A DNA stretch of 63,693 bases, counting the filler, from Octopus bimaculoides (Eukaryota), in the NCBI RefSeq assembly GCF_001194135.2. It is 9 parts of 7 records of this genome, joined end to end, with 100 filler letters (N's around TTAATTAATTAA, not from the genome) between each part and the next. Parts side by side here need not be neighbours in the genome. Positions count along the whole stretch, not along the records: positions 23,923 to 31,036 come from NC_068988.1; positions 31,137 to 41,804 come from NC_068981.1; 7 more parts are not named here. The stretch is one strand, 5' to 3'. The notes under the pieces were generated by a model that did no database searches, was not told the origin of the DNA, and worked only from the letters and a program-made list of their open reading frames with translations. Shown in pieces: positions 25,836-38,965 of this stretch. Numbering within the stretch: the stretch's first letter is position 1; every line of letters begins with the position of its first letter. The position numbers and the translations under genes are program-made.

Positions 25836-27229
25836 ATACATGTATATATATATATGTGGTTGGGAAGCAATTTTGATACCACACAGACACTGAAATCTAA
25901 GAATAATAATGATTTCTTTCGTAGACACAAACCACACGAGAGACAAATGAAAGAAAAACACCAACGTTGTGGGATTCGAAATAAGAACGTAAAGATACGC
26001 CATTTAATATTAAAACTAATTTATCTGTCGATCCATGATTTCTAAAATTCCGTGATTCTGTCATTGTTTCTCCTTGGAAATGCGAAATGATAATGATAAA
26101 TATAATGTAACGAGAGAATAAATGAGCGGTAGTATTTTCCAACACAGAATTATAGAAACAATTGTTATTATTATTGTATTATTATTTGATCCTTAGTATT
26201 ATTAATTCACTTACCTTTAAGATTCATGACTGTTACAGAGTTAATTAGTGAAGGTCACTTTTAAGTAGAAATTCAACCAAACAGGAATGTCTCACTGGAA
26301 AAAATATTTTCTGCAACTTAATGATTCTTTTTACAAGTTTCGATAAACGGGATTGTATATGGCAATTCCATATATTAACGAAGCCGACTGATTTGTGTTA
26401 CACTGACTTCGTAAAATATATCTACTTAAAACAATATCATCAAACTTTTTTCCAGCCTTGGAAGGATAGGTGAGTAAATTACACTTACTTTCACTCTAAC
26501 TCTAGAAGCTGTTGCAAGAATATTACAATTTTCTTGAAGACTTTTTTAAATATGAGATTCTGTATTGTTCTGTAGTCTCTCCAGAATATTTTGTTATCAA
26601 GAGCATAAGTGAATCATCAGTTGTTTACCAACACTTCCCTAATCTAATTTTCTATCAATGACCACTTCTATCTATCGATCTTCACAAATAAACCAATCGA
26701 AATAATACACATGTATTTATACACTTGGTTAAACAAAAGTTTTAAGATGACACCGGAACGTATTGACAACTTTCAGTTTGTTTATATATTTTTATTTTGC
26801 ATTAAACAAATTATAGCTATTGCTGTTGAAAGAGGTGTGGTCAGTTATAAGAAACAGGAGGTTAAAATCTTGATGGAATGAAGGCGTAATTGGGCTTGTA
26901 TTTTGGATTAAAGCAAATGGTCCCGAGGAGGGCATGTGGGTCACAAACTTTATTTCCTTTAAGGAACAAACGTTTTTTAGAGCATATATTTTAATACTAC
27001 CATATGCGCTTGGATCTGGCCAAGATCATATTTACTTTCAAGACAGATTTTTATAAAGGTGCCAGTACGTTATTAACATTACTGTATCCATGTTTAACTA
27101 TCTACATACATCTCCTCTCTCTCTCTGTCTTCGCTTCCCCTTTCAAGTAGAACTTGGAAAAGTCGATGAAGGTTCTATAAAATAAGAAAGCCTTTATCAT
27201 TAAACCTTTCAGCCTTGTCTACTAGACAT

Positions 27230-28110
27230 CCCTTTCTGCCATAACCATCAAGGAAAAGAAAACTCCCTTACTTTAACTCTTCTCTTTTCCTTCTGGCCGC
27301 TCTCAACTTCTTTTCACTCCCGGCGTTAAATCTTTGTATACGGTGATCCCCCACACGAAAGCCTTCTTGCGCTTAAAAACTTCCTTAACATTCGACCAGA
27401 CCCTTAGCCTGACAACTCCACACTTCTTCGGTTGACCGAAATTGATCTCTCCCTCAATTGCTTCTCGTTCGCAGGGGAGTTTTACCGACAGATCTCAAGA
27501 GAACGAGAATGGGTCCCAAATATGTGAAGCTGTTTGTTGACTATGTTGAGGCCCAAATATTCTCACAATTCATTGGTCTCACTCCCGAGCTATATGGTCT
27601 TTATATTGATGACTGTATCGGCGTGACTTCACTATTCCAAGAATATCTGGACTAGTTCCTCTCCTTTATCCATTCCTTCCATCCTGCTCTCGAATTCTCC
27701 CGCAATATCGCTAACTCTTCCGTCGAATTTCTTGAGATTTCTGTCAACATACAATACTCCGCTCTCACTACGTCCATCCACTACAAACACATTGACTCAC
27801 ACTGCTACCCTAACTTCTCCTCCTGTTATTCTACCCATCTAAAGCTCACCTTCCACTACACCCAATTCGTCCGTCTACGACGGCTCTGCTGTGACGACCA
27901 CAACTTTGAGACTCAGTCTCAACTCATGGCTTACTAGTTCATTCAACGTGGTTATCCCTCACCATTATCCATATAGCCCTTACCTAGGCAAGATCCGTGA
28001 TAATGCTTCTTCTCTTTCTCCTCGCACCCGCACCACCCTTACCTGTCTCCCGTTTTCCCTCATCTATCACCCCTCCATATTGCTCCTTCAACGCACCATT
28101 CTCCGATCCT
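27230..28110 (+). mobile_element. Penelope-like element reverse transcriptase fragment (degenerate)
   Basis: LLFTPGVKSLYTVIPH...TLLRLTELILSLNCFSFAGEFYRQ...MGPKYVKLFVDYVE...YIDDCIG...FLSFIHSFHPALEFS...VEFLEISV...TSIHYKHIDSH...QFVRLRRLC...RGYP. Confidence 0.9.
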
Positions 28111-28142
28111 AAGCACTGATAACTTCGCCCAAACATATACAC

Positions 28143-28508
28143 TGTCGTGGCATTCAGTCGGTTACGACGACGAGGGTTCCAGTTGATCTGATCAACGGAA
28201 CAGCCTGCTCGTGAAATTAACGTGTAAGTGGCTGAGCACTCCACAGACACGTGTACCCTTAATGTAGTTCTCGGGGAGATTCAGTGTGACACAGAATGTA
28301 ACAAGGCTGGCCCTTTGAAATGCAGGCACAACAGAAACAGGAAGACAGAGTGAGTGTAAGTTGTGGTAAAAGAATACAACAGGGTTCACCGTCACCCCTG
28401 CCGGAGCCTCGTGGGGCTTTAGGTGTTTCCGCTCAATAAACACTCACAACGCCCGGTCTGGGAACCGAAACCGCGAGTCCGCTGCCCTAGCCTTTGGGCC
28501 ATTGCTTC
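28143..28508 (-). mobile_element. tRNA-derived SINE family D, near full length
   Basis: Head GCAATGGCCCAAAGGCTAGGGCAGCGGACTCGCGGTTTCGGTTCCCAGACC; tail gatcaactggaaccctcgtcgtcgtaaccgac. Confidence 0.85.
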
Positions 28509-29452
28509 ACTACATATACGCTGTACATATGTGCACACACTCACACATACACAAGTGAACACACTACCAGAACAAGCACACACAACACACGTACACACTT
28601 TAGGCTCACACATATATACACGACCATACGCATAATCACACATACACACACTTCCATACGCATACACACACATACACTCGCCCACAATTACGTACTCACA
28701 CACTGCTCCCATTCACACTTACATACTCACACACATCATCTTACATGTACACACGCGTTTACAGGGTCCACAAAGAACTGATTAGCAGTCACGATATCAG
28801 TAATTTGATAATCGGCGCAAATCATCATGATACAGGTAACTCTTTTCTAATATTCAGATTGCATGTAGTCCTCCATGTCAGTTAATTTCATCTCAACTAC
28901 AACTTTATTATTTATGCTCTCCAACTTATTGAAACATAAATTCAAACCATGAAAATTATGAATTGTTTATTGCACTAGTTGGAAAAACGGAACACTTATC
29001 TGCAGCTCCAGTTGTGCGAATAAATGTAAAAAAGAAACTTGTTTTAGGTACTATTCGATAATTAAGAAGAAAGTAGTATGTTATTATCCAGAAAAAAATA
29101 GCCACTTAAGCGTACAAAGTCATTATATTGCAACGGTTTCTATAAGAAATCAATTACTAATGATTATCTGTTAACTACAGTCTAATTTACGTTTCGCATT
29201 CAGCAACCGGAAGTTATTGTACATATTACTATTTTATTTCCTCAAGATTATATTCATCAGTATATTTCTCCAACATTTCTTGCTTAAACTTGTTCCTGCT
29301 CTTAAATCCATTAGAGTTTTCTTGCTTTTCTTTCACCCCAGTTTGTCTATAATCGAATCTTTATTTCTGGATTCATCAATGCCAACTCTTATATGTGCCA
29401 TATTGTTTGTTAGAGTTTAGATGCTCTTTTATGTATGTATACATCTATTTTG

Positions 29453-29519
<67 letters not shown>

Positions 29520-31001
29520 NNNNNNNNNNNNNNNNNNNNNNNNNNNNNNNNNNNNNNNNNNNNNNNNNNNNNNNNNNNNNNNNNNNNNNNNNNNNNNNNN
29601 NNNNNNNNNNNNNNNNNNNNNNNNNNNNNNNNNNNNNNNNNNNNNNNNNNNNNNNNNNNNNNNNNNNNNNNNNNNNNNNNNNNNNNNNNNNNNNNNNNNN
29701 NNNNNNNNNNNNNNNNNATAACAGTTCAATAACGTTGACAAAGTTTCCAAACAATTACAAGCTTTTCAATCATTTTTACATCCCAAAGTTCGTGTCTCAA
29801 ATTTCATTTGACAACAAAGTTCTTCTGCTTCTTTCTTTTGTATTTCTTTTCTTTTCCTTTCTTTTAGAAGCATTTAACAACACAGTTAACAACTCAGAGT
29901 TCTTTTTCTCTAAAATAATATAAAAACATTTACCACAACGAAGTTTGTTTCCTTCAGGTCTGCTACTTCCACTGACCAAGGCAGTCTGCCACTACAATTC
30001 CGTCTCTCTCTGTCCCTCTCTCTCTCTCTCTCTGAGACTCTATGCGTTTCTGCTGACCATAACTTTCTTTGTCAGACTTATAATCCTTCTTTCTTCATCT
30101 CTGTACAACTGCTTCATCTCCACGGGAAAACTGCTGTCCCCCAACTGCTTCGGACGACTGNNNNNNNNNNTCCACGGGAAAACTGCTGTCCCCCAACTGC
30201 TTCGGACGACTGCTACCACTCGACACAACCGATCCTGCTGGCTCCCAGAGCTCGACTGCCCAAATTCTCTGATAACTGCTTTTGCCGCCAATTCTCGTTC
30301 TCCTATTCATCCCAAATACCATAGCTCATTGTGCTACTTTACCACCTGCCAAGATGGGTCGGTCGGTCGGTACATTCCTATCCTGCCGTTTTTGAACTTT
30401 CGCTGACCGGAAAGGGGCAGCTACGCTAAAAATAGCTGTGGTTGTCGACAAGACAAAGGAAATAACATTCTCCCCAACTGACCAGAGTACGGGTTCAAAA
30501 CCCAGCCCGGGAAATAGGGATATAATGCTAATTGTATTTTCGGTCGTCGCATCAATATATATATATGGGTAGTAGTGTCCTGATACGGGAGTTCCATGAT
30601 TATTTAACAGCCTCTTAGCGATTATTGTTTCCAGGTCTACTCTAAGCCAGAGCAGCAGCAGCAGCAGCAGCTGTTACAGTGCTAGCTGTACGTAAGTAGC
30701 CCTAGTCCCATCCAGTATAATACCAAGTGTGATCTCGGCATAGCCAAGATCTTAGCTATTTTACAATTTACGGTTTGTCTTAATGAACGCAGCAATTCTA
30801 ATTTTTACCTGCAAACATCGATCACTAAATGTATTCGCAGTGAAATAACATAGAAACCATCGGCACACAGATATTGCATTGAGTTGAGTGGGCCACCTAG
30901 AGACGATGTTTTCCTGGGGCTAAATAACAGCCACATGGTCCTAACCAGTACTGCCACTTTATGTTCGAAAATGAATTTTACTCTCTCTCTCTCTGACTCT
31001 C

Positions 31002-31036
<35 letters not shown>

Positions 31037-31136
31037 NNNNNNNNNNNNNNNNNNNNNNNNNNNNNNNNNNNNNNNNNNNNTTAATTAATTAANNNNNNNN
31101 NNNNNNNNNNNNNNNNNNNNNNNNNNNNNNNNNNNN

Positions 31137-31292
31137 CCACTGACTTTTCCGGGTTAATTGTTGCTCCTGTCACCGTTTCGTATTCTTTAAGTGTCTCGCC
31201 TAGCATCTCGACGTGCTTTTCGCTCGACACTATGACGGTGACATCGTCCGCATATGCAGACACGCTCGTCCCGCAACCCAGCTCTCGTGGGA
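31137..31292 (-). mobile_element. L1/Tx1-clade LINE reverse transcriptase fragment
   Basis: TSVSAYADDVTVIVSSEKHVEMLGETLKEYETVTGATINPEKSV (YADD catalytic motif); truncated by a gap. Confidence 0.88.
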
Positions 31293-32344
31293 TAGACAGG
31301 TAGCTAGCTAGTTAGCGCACTAGAGATAGAGAAACAGTGAAGCAGAGACAAGAAAAGGCTGATGCAAAGTAGCGAGTGATAGAAAGGGGAGGAAGAGAAG
31401 AAGACCAGAAAATATATAACAAAAAAAAAAAAAAATTAAATATGGAATGCAATGGAGAATAAATTTGATCTCTAGCAGTGCGATGGAGCTCTGGGCATAT
31501 TTCTTTCTTATCAAACGTTATCAACGTTTAAACCTGACTGCAGCAACTCGGAACAATAGTTCTCAAACGATGTACAGTAGATATGCTTTTTAAATATTTT
31601 TCAAGGCTTCAGAGAATCCATACCAATGATTATATATCTAAGCAATAATTTTTTAAATTTCTAACTTCAAAATAGTTTTATTCAAATTTGCTATATGAAG
31701 TGCGCCAGTAATTATTTTGCTAGATATTGTGTGCTATAAAGTAAAAAAGAAAAAAAAGATTGCAAACATTTGGGTGAGAATAACTAGAGAAAAGTACAGG
31801 TTGGGGGGTGGGGTCATGTATAATCACTAAATGGCTGGTATAAAATACTCAGGAAGCCTGCTGTAGGAAAAATTAATAGTAAAGGGGTGCTAGCAAACTG
31901 GATGTGAGCCAAGAGATTTTAATTGAGCAAAATTGCTCATTTGTTGATGAAGTACAATAATTATTTAAATAATTACTTTTTGTCAGAAAAGCCAGAACTA
32001 CTCTGAAATTTCAAAAAATCAGAATTAAATATGAAATAAGATGGGGTGTGAGATTAATCTTTAACTGTGCGGTGTCAATTTCAGACGTGTTCCGGTATTC
32101 TTAGACCTCTTCAATAAAGCATGGTTTGACTGATCTATGTATAAGGACAGGACACATTTGATACTGTTGTCTTATATATCCCTAAAAAGATGGGATAGTC
32201 ATGACTAGAATGGTTTTAGACCGTATGTCTTCTACACAAGGTTCAACTTTGTATTAAAGAGCAACAGCAACAACAAGAGAAAAACCAACGAGGACCAACG
32301 AGGGAGTCTCTATCCAGTCGCTCGTCCTGCTGAAAGTAAGATTC

Positions 32345-32760
32345 TTTTATTCTTTTACTTATTTCAGTCATTTGACTGTGGCCATGCTGGAACACCGCCA
32401 TTAGTCGAACAAATCGACTCTAGGATTTATTCTTTGTAAGCCTAGTCCTTATTCTATCAGTCACTTTTGCCGAAACCGCTAGGTTTCGGGGACGTAAACA
32501 CATCGACATTGATGTCAAACGATGGGGGTGGAGAGAAACACACGCACAAATACATACATACATGCATACATACATACACACATACATACATACATGCATA
32601 ATACATACATACGTACATACATATATATATGTATGTGTATATATACGACGGGATTCTTTCAGTTTCCGTCTACCAAATCCACTCACAAGGTTTTGGTCGG
32701 TCCGAGGCTATAGTAGAAGACACTTGCCGGAACCATGTGGTTGGGAAGCAAGCTTCTTAT
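32345..32760 (-). mobile_element. Composite SINE: head B + internal (TATG)n + tail C
   Basis: C module about 32350-32545, microsatellite about 32545-32645, B module about 32645-32760. Confidence 0.85.
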
Positions 32761-32789
32761 TTCTTTACTGCCCACAAGGGGCTACTCAC

Positions 32790-32988
32790 AGAGGGGACAA
32801 ACAAGGACAGATAAACGGATTAAGTCGATTATATCGACCCCAGTGCGTAACTGGTACTTAATTTATCGACCCCGAAAGGATGAAAGGCAAAGTCGACCTC
32901 GGCGGAATTTGAACTCAGAACGTAACGGTAGACGAAATACCGCTAAGCATTTCGCCCGGCGTGCTAACGTTTCTGCCAACACGTCGCC
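32790..32988 (-). mobile_element. SINE family A, young CpG-intact copy
   Basis: tatcgaccccgaaaggatgaaaggcaaagtcgacctcggcggaatttgaactcagaacg...cggcgtgctaacg. Confidence 0.92.
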
Positions 32989-33885
32989 CTTCTTACCACA
33001 CAGCCATTCCGTCAAATTTCCTTCAACTTACATGGTACGACCTTGGGGAAAGAACGAAGAAAAAGACACTGTTTCTGAATAACGGATGAGATGGGCCCAA
33101 CTGGAGCGCCTTTGGTAATAGGTCTGCTAAGTTAAGATTGAACTAGGTCTGAACAACATCATGAATAACATCGACAGCAATAACAACAACAACAACAACA
33201 ACAACAGCAGCAGAAGCAATTTGTCGACGTTTCCTCTGATTTTCAGGTTTTGAATTAAGAGAAACAAATGAGAATACATATATCGAAAGAAAGGAAAGAC
33301 AAAAAGAGATAGGGAAAATGAAAGTGGGAAAATTACAGAAGGAGAGATGGTGAGGAACAAAGTAAAAGAGAAAGAGAGAAAGAAAGAGTGAGAGAGAGAG
33401 AGAGAAAGGGGCAGATACGAAGAGAGGTAAAGAGAGAAGTAAAGTGATAGACAGAGAAATACAGAGAATAAAAGTTAGTGAAATAAAGACAGAGATAAAG
33501 AGAGATTTCTCGTGGGATTTCGGTAATAGTTTTTAGCCAACCGTCTCCATGGTAATGAGCGTAAAACAATGAATAAAGGAACACTCTGTCCAGTGACAGC
33601 ACAAATACGACATTATTTCTGGCTTGAAACTGATACATAAGCTTTGTTTGTGGTTGTATTACTTGACAAATATTAATTTTAATACATCGTATAAATAACA
33701 CGGCCAAACATCTCCAGCCTGGATATCCTTTCTCGAACTGTACATATAGGCTCTCTCCTTTCAAGGGGATATAATTGATTACTCCACCTCTCTCCTCTTC
33801 TTTCTTCCCATATTGGTGTGTATGCATATTCATGTATATATGCATATACATATATATATATATATGCATTTATATATATGTATGC

Positions 33886-33953
<68 letters not shown>

Positions 33954-33954
33954 G

Positions 33955-33987
<33 letters not shown>

Positions 33988-34119
33988 GCATGTATGTATG
34001 CATATGTATATACATTTGGGGTGTGGTTGTGTGTGTAAGCATATTAGCATGTATCATACTATAGACTCCAGTTACTGATTTTTACGCTCGTGGTTTTAAT
34101 TGTTGTTGGCTTGTCTCTT

Positions 34120-34167
<48 letters not shown>

Positions 34168-34253
34168 TCTCACACTCTCTCTCACATAAAAGTACACGCA
34201 TATGTATGTATGTACGTATGTATGTGCATACACGCATGTGTGTGTATGTTTCC

Positions 34254-34304
<51 letters not shown>

Positions 34305-34478
34305 GCATATGTAAACATACATAGACATACATGCATACATTCACACACATACACATACACACACACACACGCACGCACACATACATACATACATACATAC
34401 AAACACGGACGTATGCACGCACACACACACACACACACACACATACATACATACATACATACAAACATGGACGTATGT

Positions 34479-34510
<32 letters not shown>

Positions 34511-34665
34511 CCTCTTGTTTGCTTTATGCTTAGCATTGTTGCTTTCTATTTTAACGTCTGTTTGTCTTTCCACTCTCGTCCTACCTTACTCTCGTTATCA
34601 CTTTTTTTTCTCTTCTCGTTTACATTTTCAACTCACAAACACACACATACATACAAACACACATA

Positions 34666-34711
<46 letters not shown>

Positions 34712-35106
34712 CACATACATACGCACGTATATGCATACACAAAGAGAAACACTAACATGGGATATCTTAATGTTTGTTTGTGATTGTGAGTATAAAATTT
34801 CCTGAATTTCTGTCGTACTATCTATCAAAGGTGAAAGTCTGATGACACAGATCAACCACATCCATGACGTCACAGAACCTATGAATCGCTTACTGAGAGG
34901 GATAGAGAGGCAGAGAGAGAGGTGTTGAGAGAGAAAAATGGGGAGTGAGGGAAAGATGGGGGGGAGGTAAAGATGGGGAGGGAGAGAGAGAGAGAATACA
35001 TATATATATGTATATACACATACACATAATATATATACATATATATACACGCACACACATATACATACATACATATATATATACATACACACACATACAC
35101 ATAGAT

Positions 35107-35145
<39 letters not shown>

Positions 35146-35212
35146 TATATATAATGCTAATCTTGTGAAAAATGAGGAGGTTGAGAAATACTTTTTTATT
35201 GTGTATCTCTGT

Positions 35213-35261
<49 letters not shown>

Positions 35262-36144
35262 TTGATAAAGACCTAGGAAGATAGAATGATATAGGAGTTG
35301 ATTTTATACATAATGACGTATCTATATTCCCATTTTCGTTCTTTATTCTCCTTGTATTTATGTGCTATTTCATACATTAATCTTAACCTGAAAATTTGGA
35401 ATCCCACTAAACCAATAACAAGCAGCAGCAGAAGAAGAAGAAGAAGAATGGTAATGATGTTGATGACGACGACGATGATGATGATAATGATAATGATAAT
35501 AATAAATATAAAAAAATTTTCTGTAAACATAGAAGAATACTTAAAAGCAAAAAAAAAAAAACAACATAACACTATAAATAGGGTCCTGGTGTAGCGTATA
35601 ATTTCTAGAATATTCATAAAAATATTACCTGAAGATCCGAAAGGTGAAGTTCAGATTAATAACAGTGAAGCTCTAGTTTCTAATAAACATTATAAACATA
35701 TTTCACTTGCTGTTCTATCTTTACAGAAAGATTCCCAGAAGATAAACTCTGTAATATGATACTCTGCGATTGACAAAGAGAAGGAGAAAAAAATTCAAAG
35801 TTCAAAGAGAGATGAAGTTTAAAATATGACATTTCATACATCAAGGGGAAACTAGTGAATTTTTCAATCTTTTATTTGTCTATCTTATTTATTTATATTC
35901 TTTATTTTTATTTTTATTATTTTTAAAACTATTCTGGGCTTTGTAGCCATACTGGTCCGTCCACGTCTGCCATCTCTCGTTACTTTCGACGTTTTTGTTT
36001 AATATGATAGATGAGAAAAGTCTGCAACTCTCTTCCATTTTTTCGAGGAGAAAAATGCTGTAAATGGTCCTATTCCTATGACCCTCACATAGTACAATGA
36101 AATCGATTCTGAGAGTAAGAGCGAACGAGCGAGAGAGAAACGGG

Positions 36145-36202
<58 letters not shown>

Positions 36203-37363
36203 GACCGACAGACAGACAGAGAAAGGTCGACTTTAATAATTGCCTGGAACTTTATCTGTTATCCCCTGAAGAATGAAATGCAAAGTTGAACCTTGGTGAT
36301 TTTTGAACCCAGAAGGCAAGTAACCAAAACAAGTATCGTATTTGAAGCATAAAAGACGTGCATGTATATTAGATGCACCTCACTTTCAGCAGCTCATATT
36401 CAAGGAAACAGTTGTAATAAAAGCTTATGGGACGCTCAACATATTGGCGTGGATCCGGTCTTTAAAGCCAACTAATTTTCACTAGTTAGCTTCAAAGATC
36501 AGATCCACAGCGATCTGAATTATCAATAGTGTTCAAAAAGTTTGATCGACTGATTTTTGGGATTTATTTCATCTTCCTTGTAGTCATTAGATTTTCACCT
36601 CTCCAACAGGGACTTTTTATTTAGTAATTGCGTGGATAATCTCAAACGAAATTCTTTAATTCCCTATATCGTATATGTGAGACGTTAACGCAGTGCTTTT
36701 CAAACTTTTAAACTGTTGTTATCTTTCTTTTGTTAATACTTTTTAACACCCTCTTGCTACAGTTGAACACAATTGTATGCATCACATATACATATGCATA
36801 TACATATTTGTACAAATGAGTCAGGTACTTACCTAATACTTCGAGTGCAATGATTGCCTTTATTGTATGTATGCAAATGCCTATGAATGTTTACAATGTT
36901 TTTCAAATTATACTTTGAGTTATAATTTAAATGGATAAGTAGAATATATTCGATTTCTTTCATTCATTTACATTTAGGCGTCTATTATCATCTTTGATGT
37001 TGTCGTAGTTATTGTTATAGTCGTTCTTGTTGTGATTGTTTTTATAAAAAATTTATCATAATATTACATTAATATTTTTAAAATATTAATATTGAAATAG
37101 GAGATAAAGATTAAAATTTCTTCAGGTGCATCTATCGCCCCTTTTTACTACTCCTTTCTCCCCTGTACTCATACGAAATTCTCCCTCCCTCCGGGAACGG
37201 TACCGTTCATTTTCAAAAGTAATGTCTTAACGTATTAGTATTTAATAAGCAAACGACCCTCTCCAATAGTCTCAGCCATATTCTTGATATTTCGATTATT
37301 TCTATTTATATTCTCTTTAAATTGGACAATATTCTTTTATGTGAGATTATTCGAGCAGTCCCA

Positions 37364-37410
37364 GAGTGGCACATCTGGAACGTCAATGACGTTCCAGAGA
37401 TGTGCCACTC
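37364..37410. repeat. Near-perfect short palindrome
   Basis: gagtggcacatctggaacgtca-a-tgacgttccagagatgtgccactc: 22-bp stem with one 2-nt bulge. Confidence 0.9.
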
Positions 37411-38382
37411 CAATACATTTTGTAGATGTAGTACATCCAGGGTTACACTATTCAGTATGTCCTTTCATCTTAAAGATGGATGTGGTTTAAGGGAGCTTTT
37501 GCAGATATTCCCTGAGGATCAAACAATCATATGGTGTCTCCCAACTTGACCTTGTATACTTTATTTTAATGATAAATAATGTTAAGCCAATAAGAGCCGA
37601 GGAGACACATATTAGTCATACAAAAACACTGAAACGATTAACATCATTTAAAGATTTATTATTTGGAGTTGAAATTTTCGTCGCACCAACCGTAACCTTG
37701 CCACTGACACAGTTCCACCGCGATGAAATCTTTTGACACCAAATAATAAATGTTTAAGTGAAGTTAAGTCTGTGTGTTTTTGAATGGCTAATATATCTTC
37801 CACACTGTGATTGTTTGTTGCAGCACATGATTTCATACCAAATCATTTGCTGGACAAGTACAACCTCGATATGATTATTTAAAAATAGCTTCTTATTTGT
37901 TGTTGTTCAAGATATAGTTAAACCACAACAGAACACAGTTGTGATTAAAAACCTTTCAACAATGTTCATCCAATGATTTTAGGTGAATCTAGGAGTACAT
38001 TATCCAGGGTCACTTTTCTTTTAATAAGATAACTGAGCGTGTTCGAGAGAAAATTGACTGCTATTTTTAGCTGGCCGAGTGACCACTCTTTCGTTGACTC
38101 GTATCCATAATTCTATATACTGCTGTCATAATACCTTTATCAGTGATTTATTTTCCGACGGAGGCCATGTTTCCATTCATTGTCAATATTAGTATGTTAC
38201 TGTTATTTACTTTATCGATTCCCCCTCTACTTTCACTGATACATGAATGGCAGATTCGACCATATTTTTTAACACAACACAACAGAAAATTATTGAAGTT
38301 GTTTGCAGTAGAGTATTTAGTAGGACACTTTATAATCGTGGACAACTCCACCACTACCACTACCACTACCTGTACTCACACA

Positions 38383-38600
38383 CGAGCTGGCAGAGTCGCT
38401 AGCACGCCGGGCGAAATGCTTAACGACATTTCGTCCGTCTTCACGTCTGAGTTCAAATTCCGCCGAGGTTGACTTCCTCTCAGAGTCGATAAAATAAATA
38501 CCAGTTGAGAAATGGGCCGTTGTAATCGAGTAGCCCGCCACCCCAAATTCCAGGTCTTATGCCAATAGGAGAAAGGATTATTATTATCATTATTATTATT
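38383..38600 (+). mobile_element. SINE family A with (ATT)n tail
   Basis: cgagctggcagagtcgctagcacgccgggcgaaatgc...gagttcaaattccgccgagg...gaaaggattattattat. Confidence 0.88.
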
Positions 38601-38932
38601 TTGGTTTGGCTCAGGTTCGGTCTTATTCCTGGCAGGAATTATGTGGATATCAAGTTACTACCTGTAATCTTAAGTAGCCACAAATTTTCAGCAGTTCTTT
38701 GGTCAGTCAATAACTTCTGCTGATTAATAAAAAGTAATATATATATAAATATATATATANNNNNNNNNNNNNNNNNNNNNNNNNNNNNNNNNNNNNNNNN
38801 NNNNNNNNNNNNNNNNNNNNNNNNNNNNNNNNNNNNNNNNNNNNNNNNNNNNNNNNNNNNNNNNNNNNNNNNNNNNNNNNNNNNNNNNNNNNNNNNNNNN
38901 NNNNNNNNNNNNNNNNNNNNNNNNNNNNNNNN

Positions 38933-38965
<33 letters not shown>

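Noticed and set aside
26456-26475. 14-nt micro-exon candidate (ttttccAG ccttggaaggatag GTGAGT)
   Set aside because: Too short to distinguish from chance, and a similar ggtgagt context occurs in SINE tails.
28400-28508. tRNA-like sequences at SINE heads
   Set aside because: A/B-box-like motifs are present but no complete cloverleaf; they are continuous with SINE bodies, so not tRNA genes.
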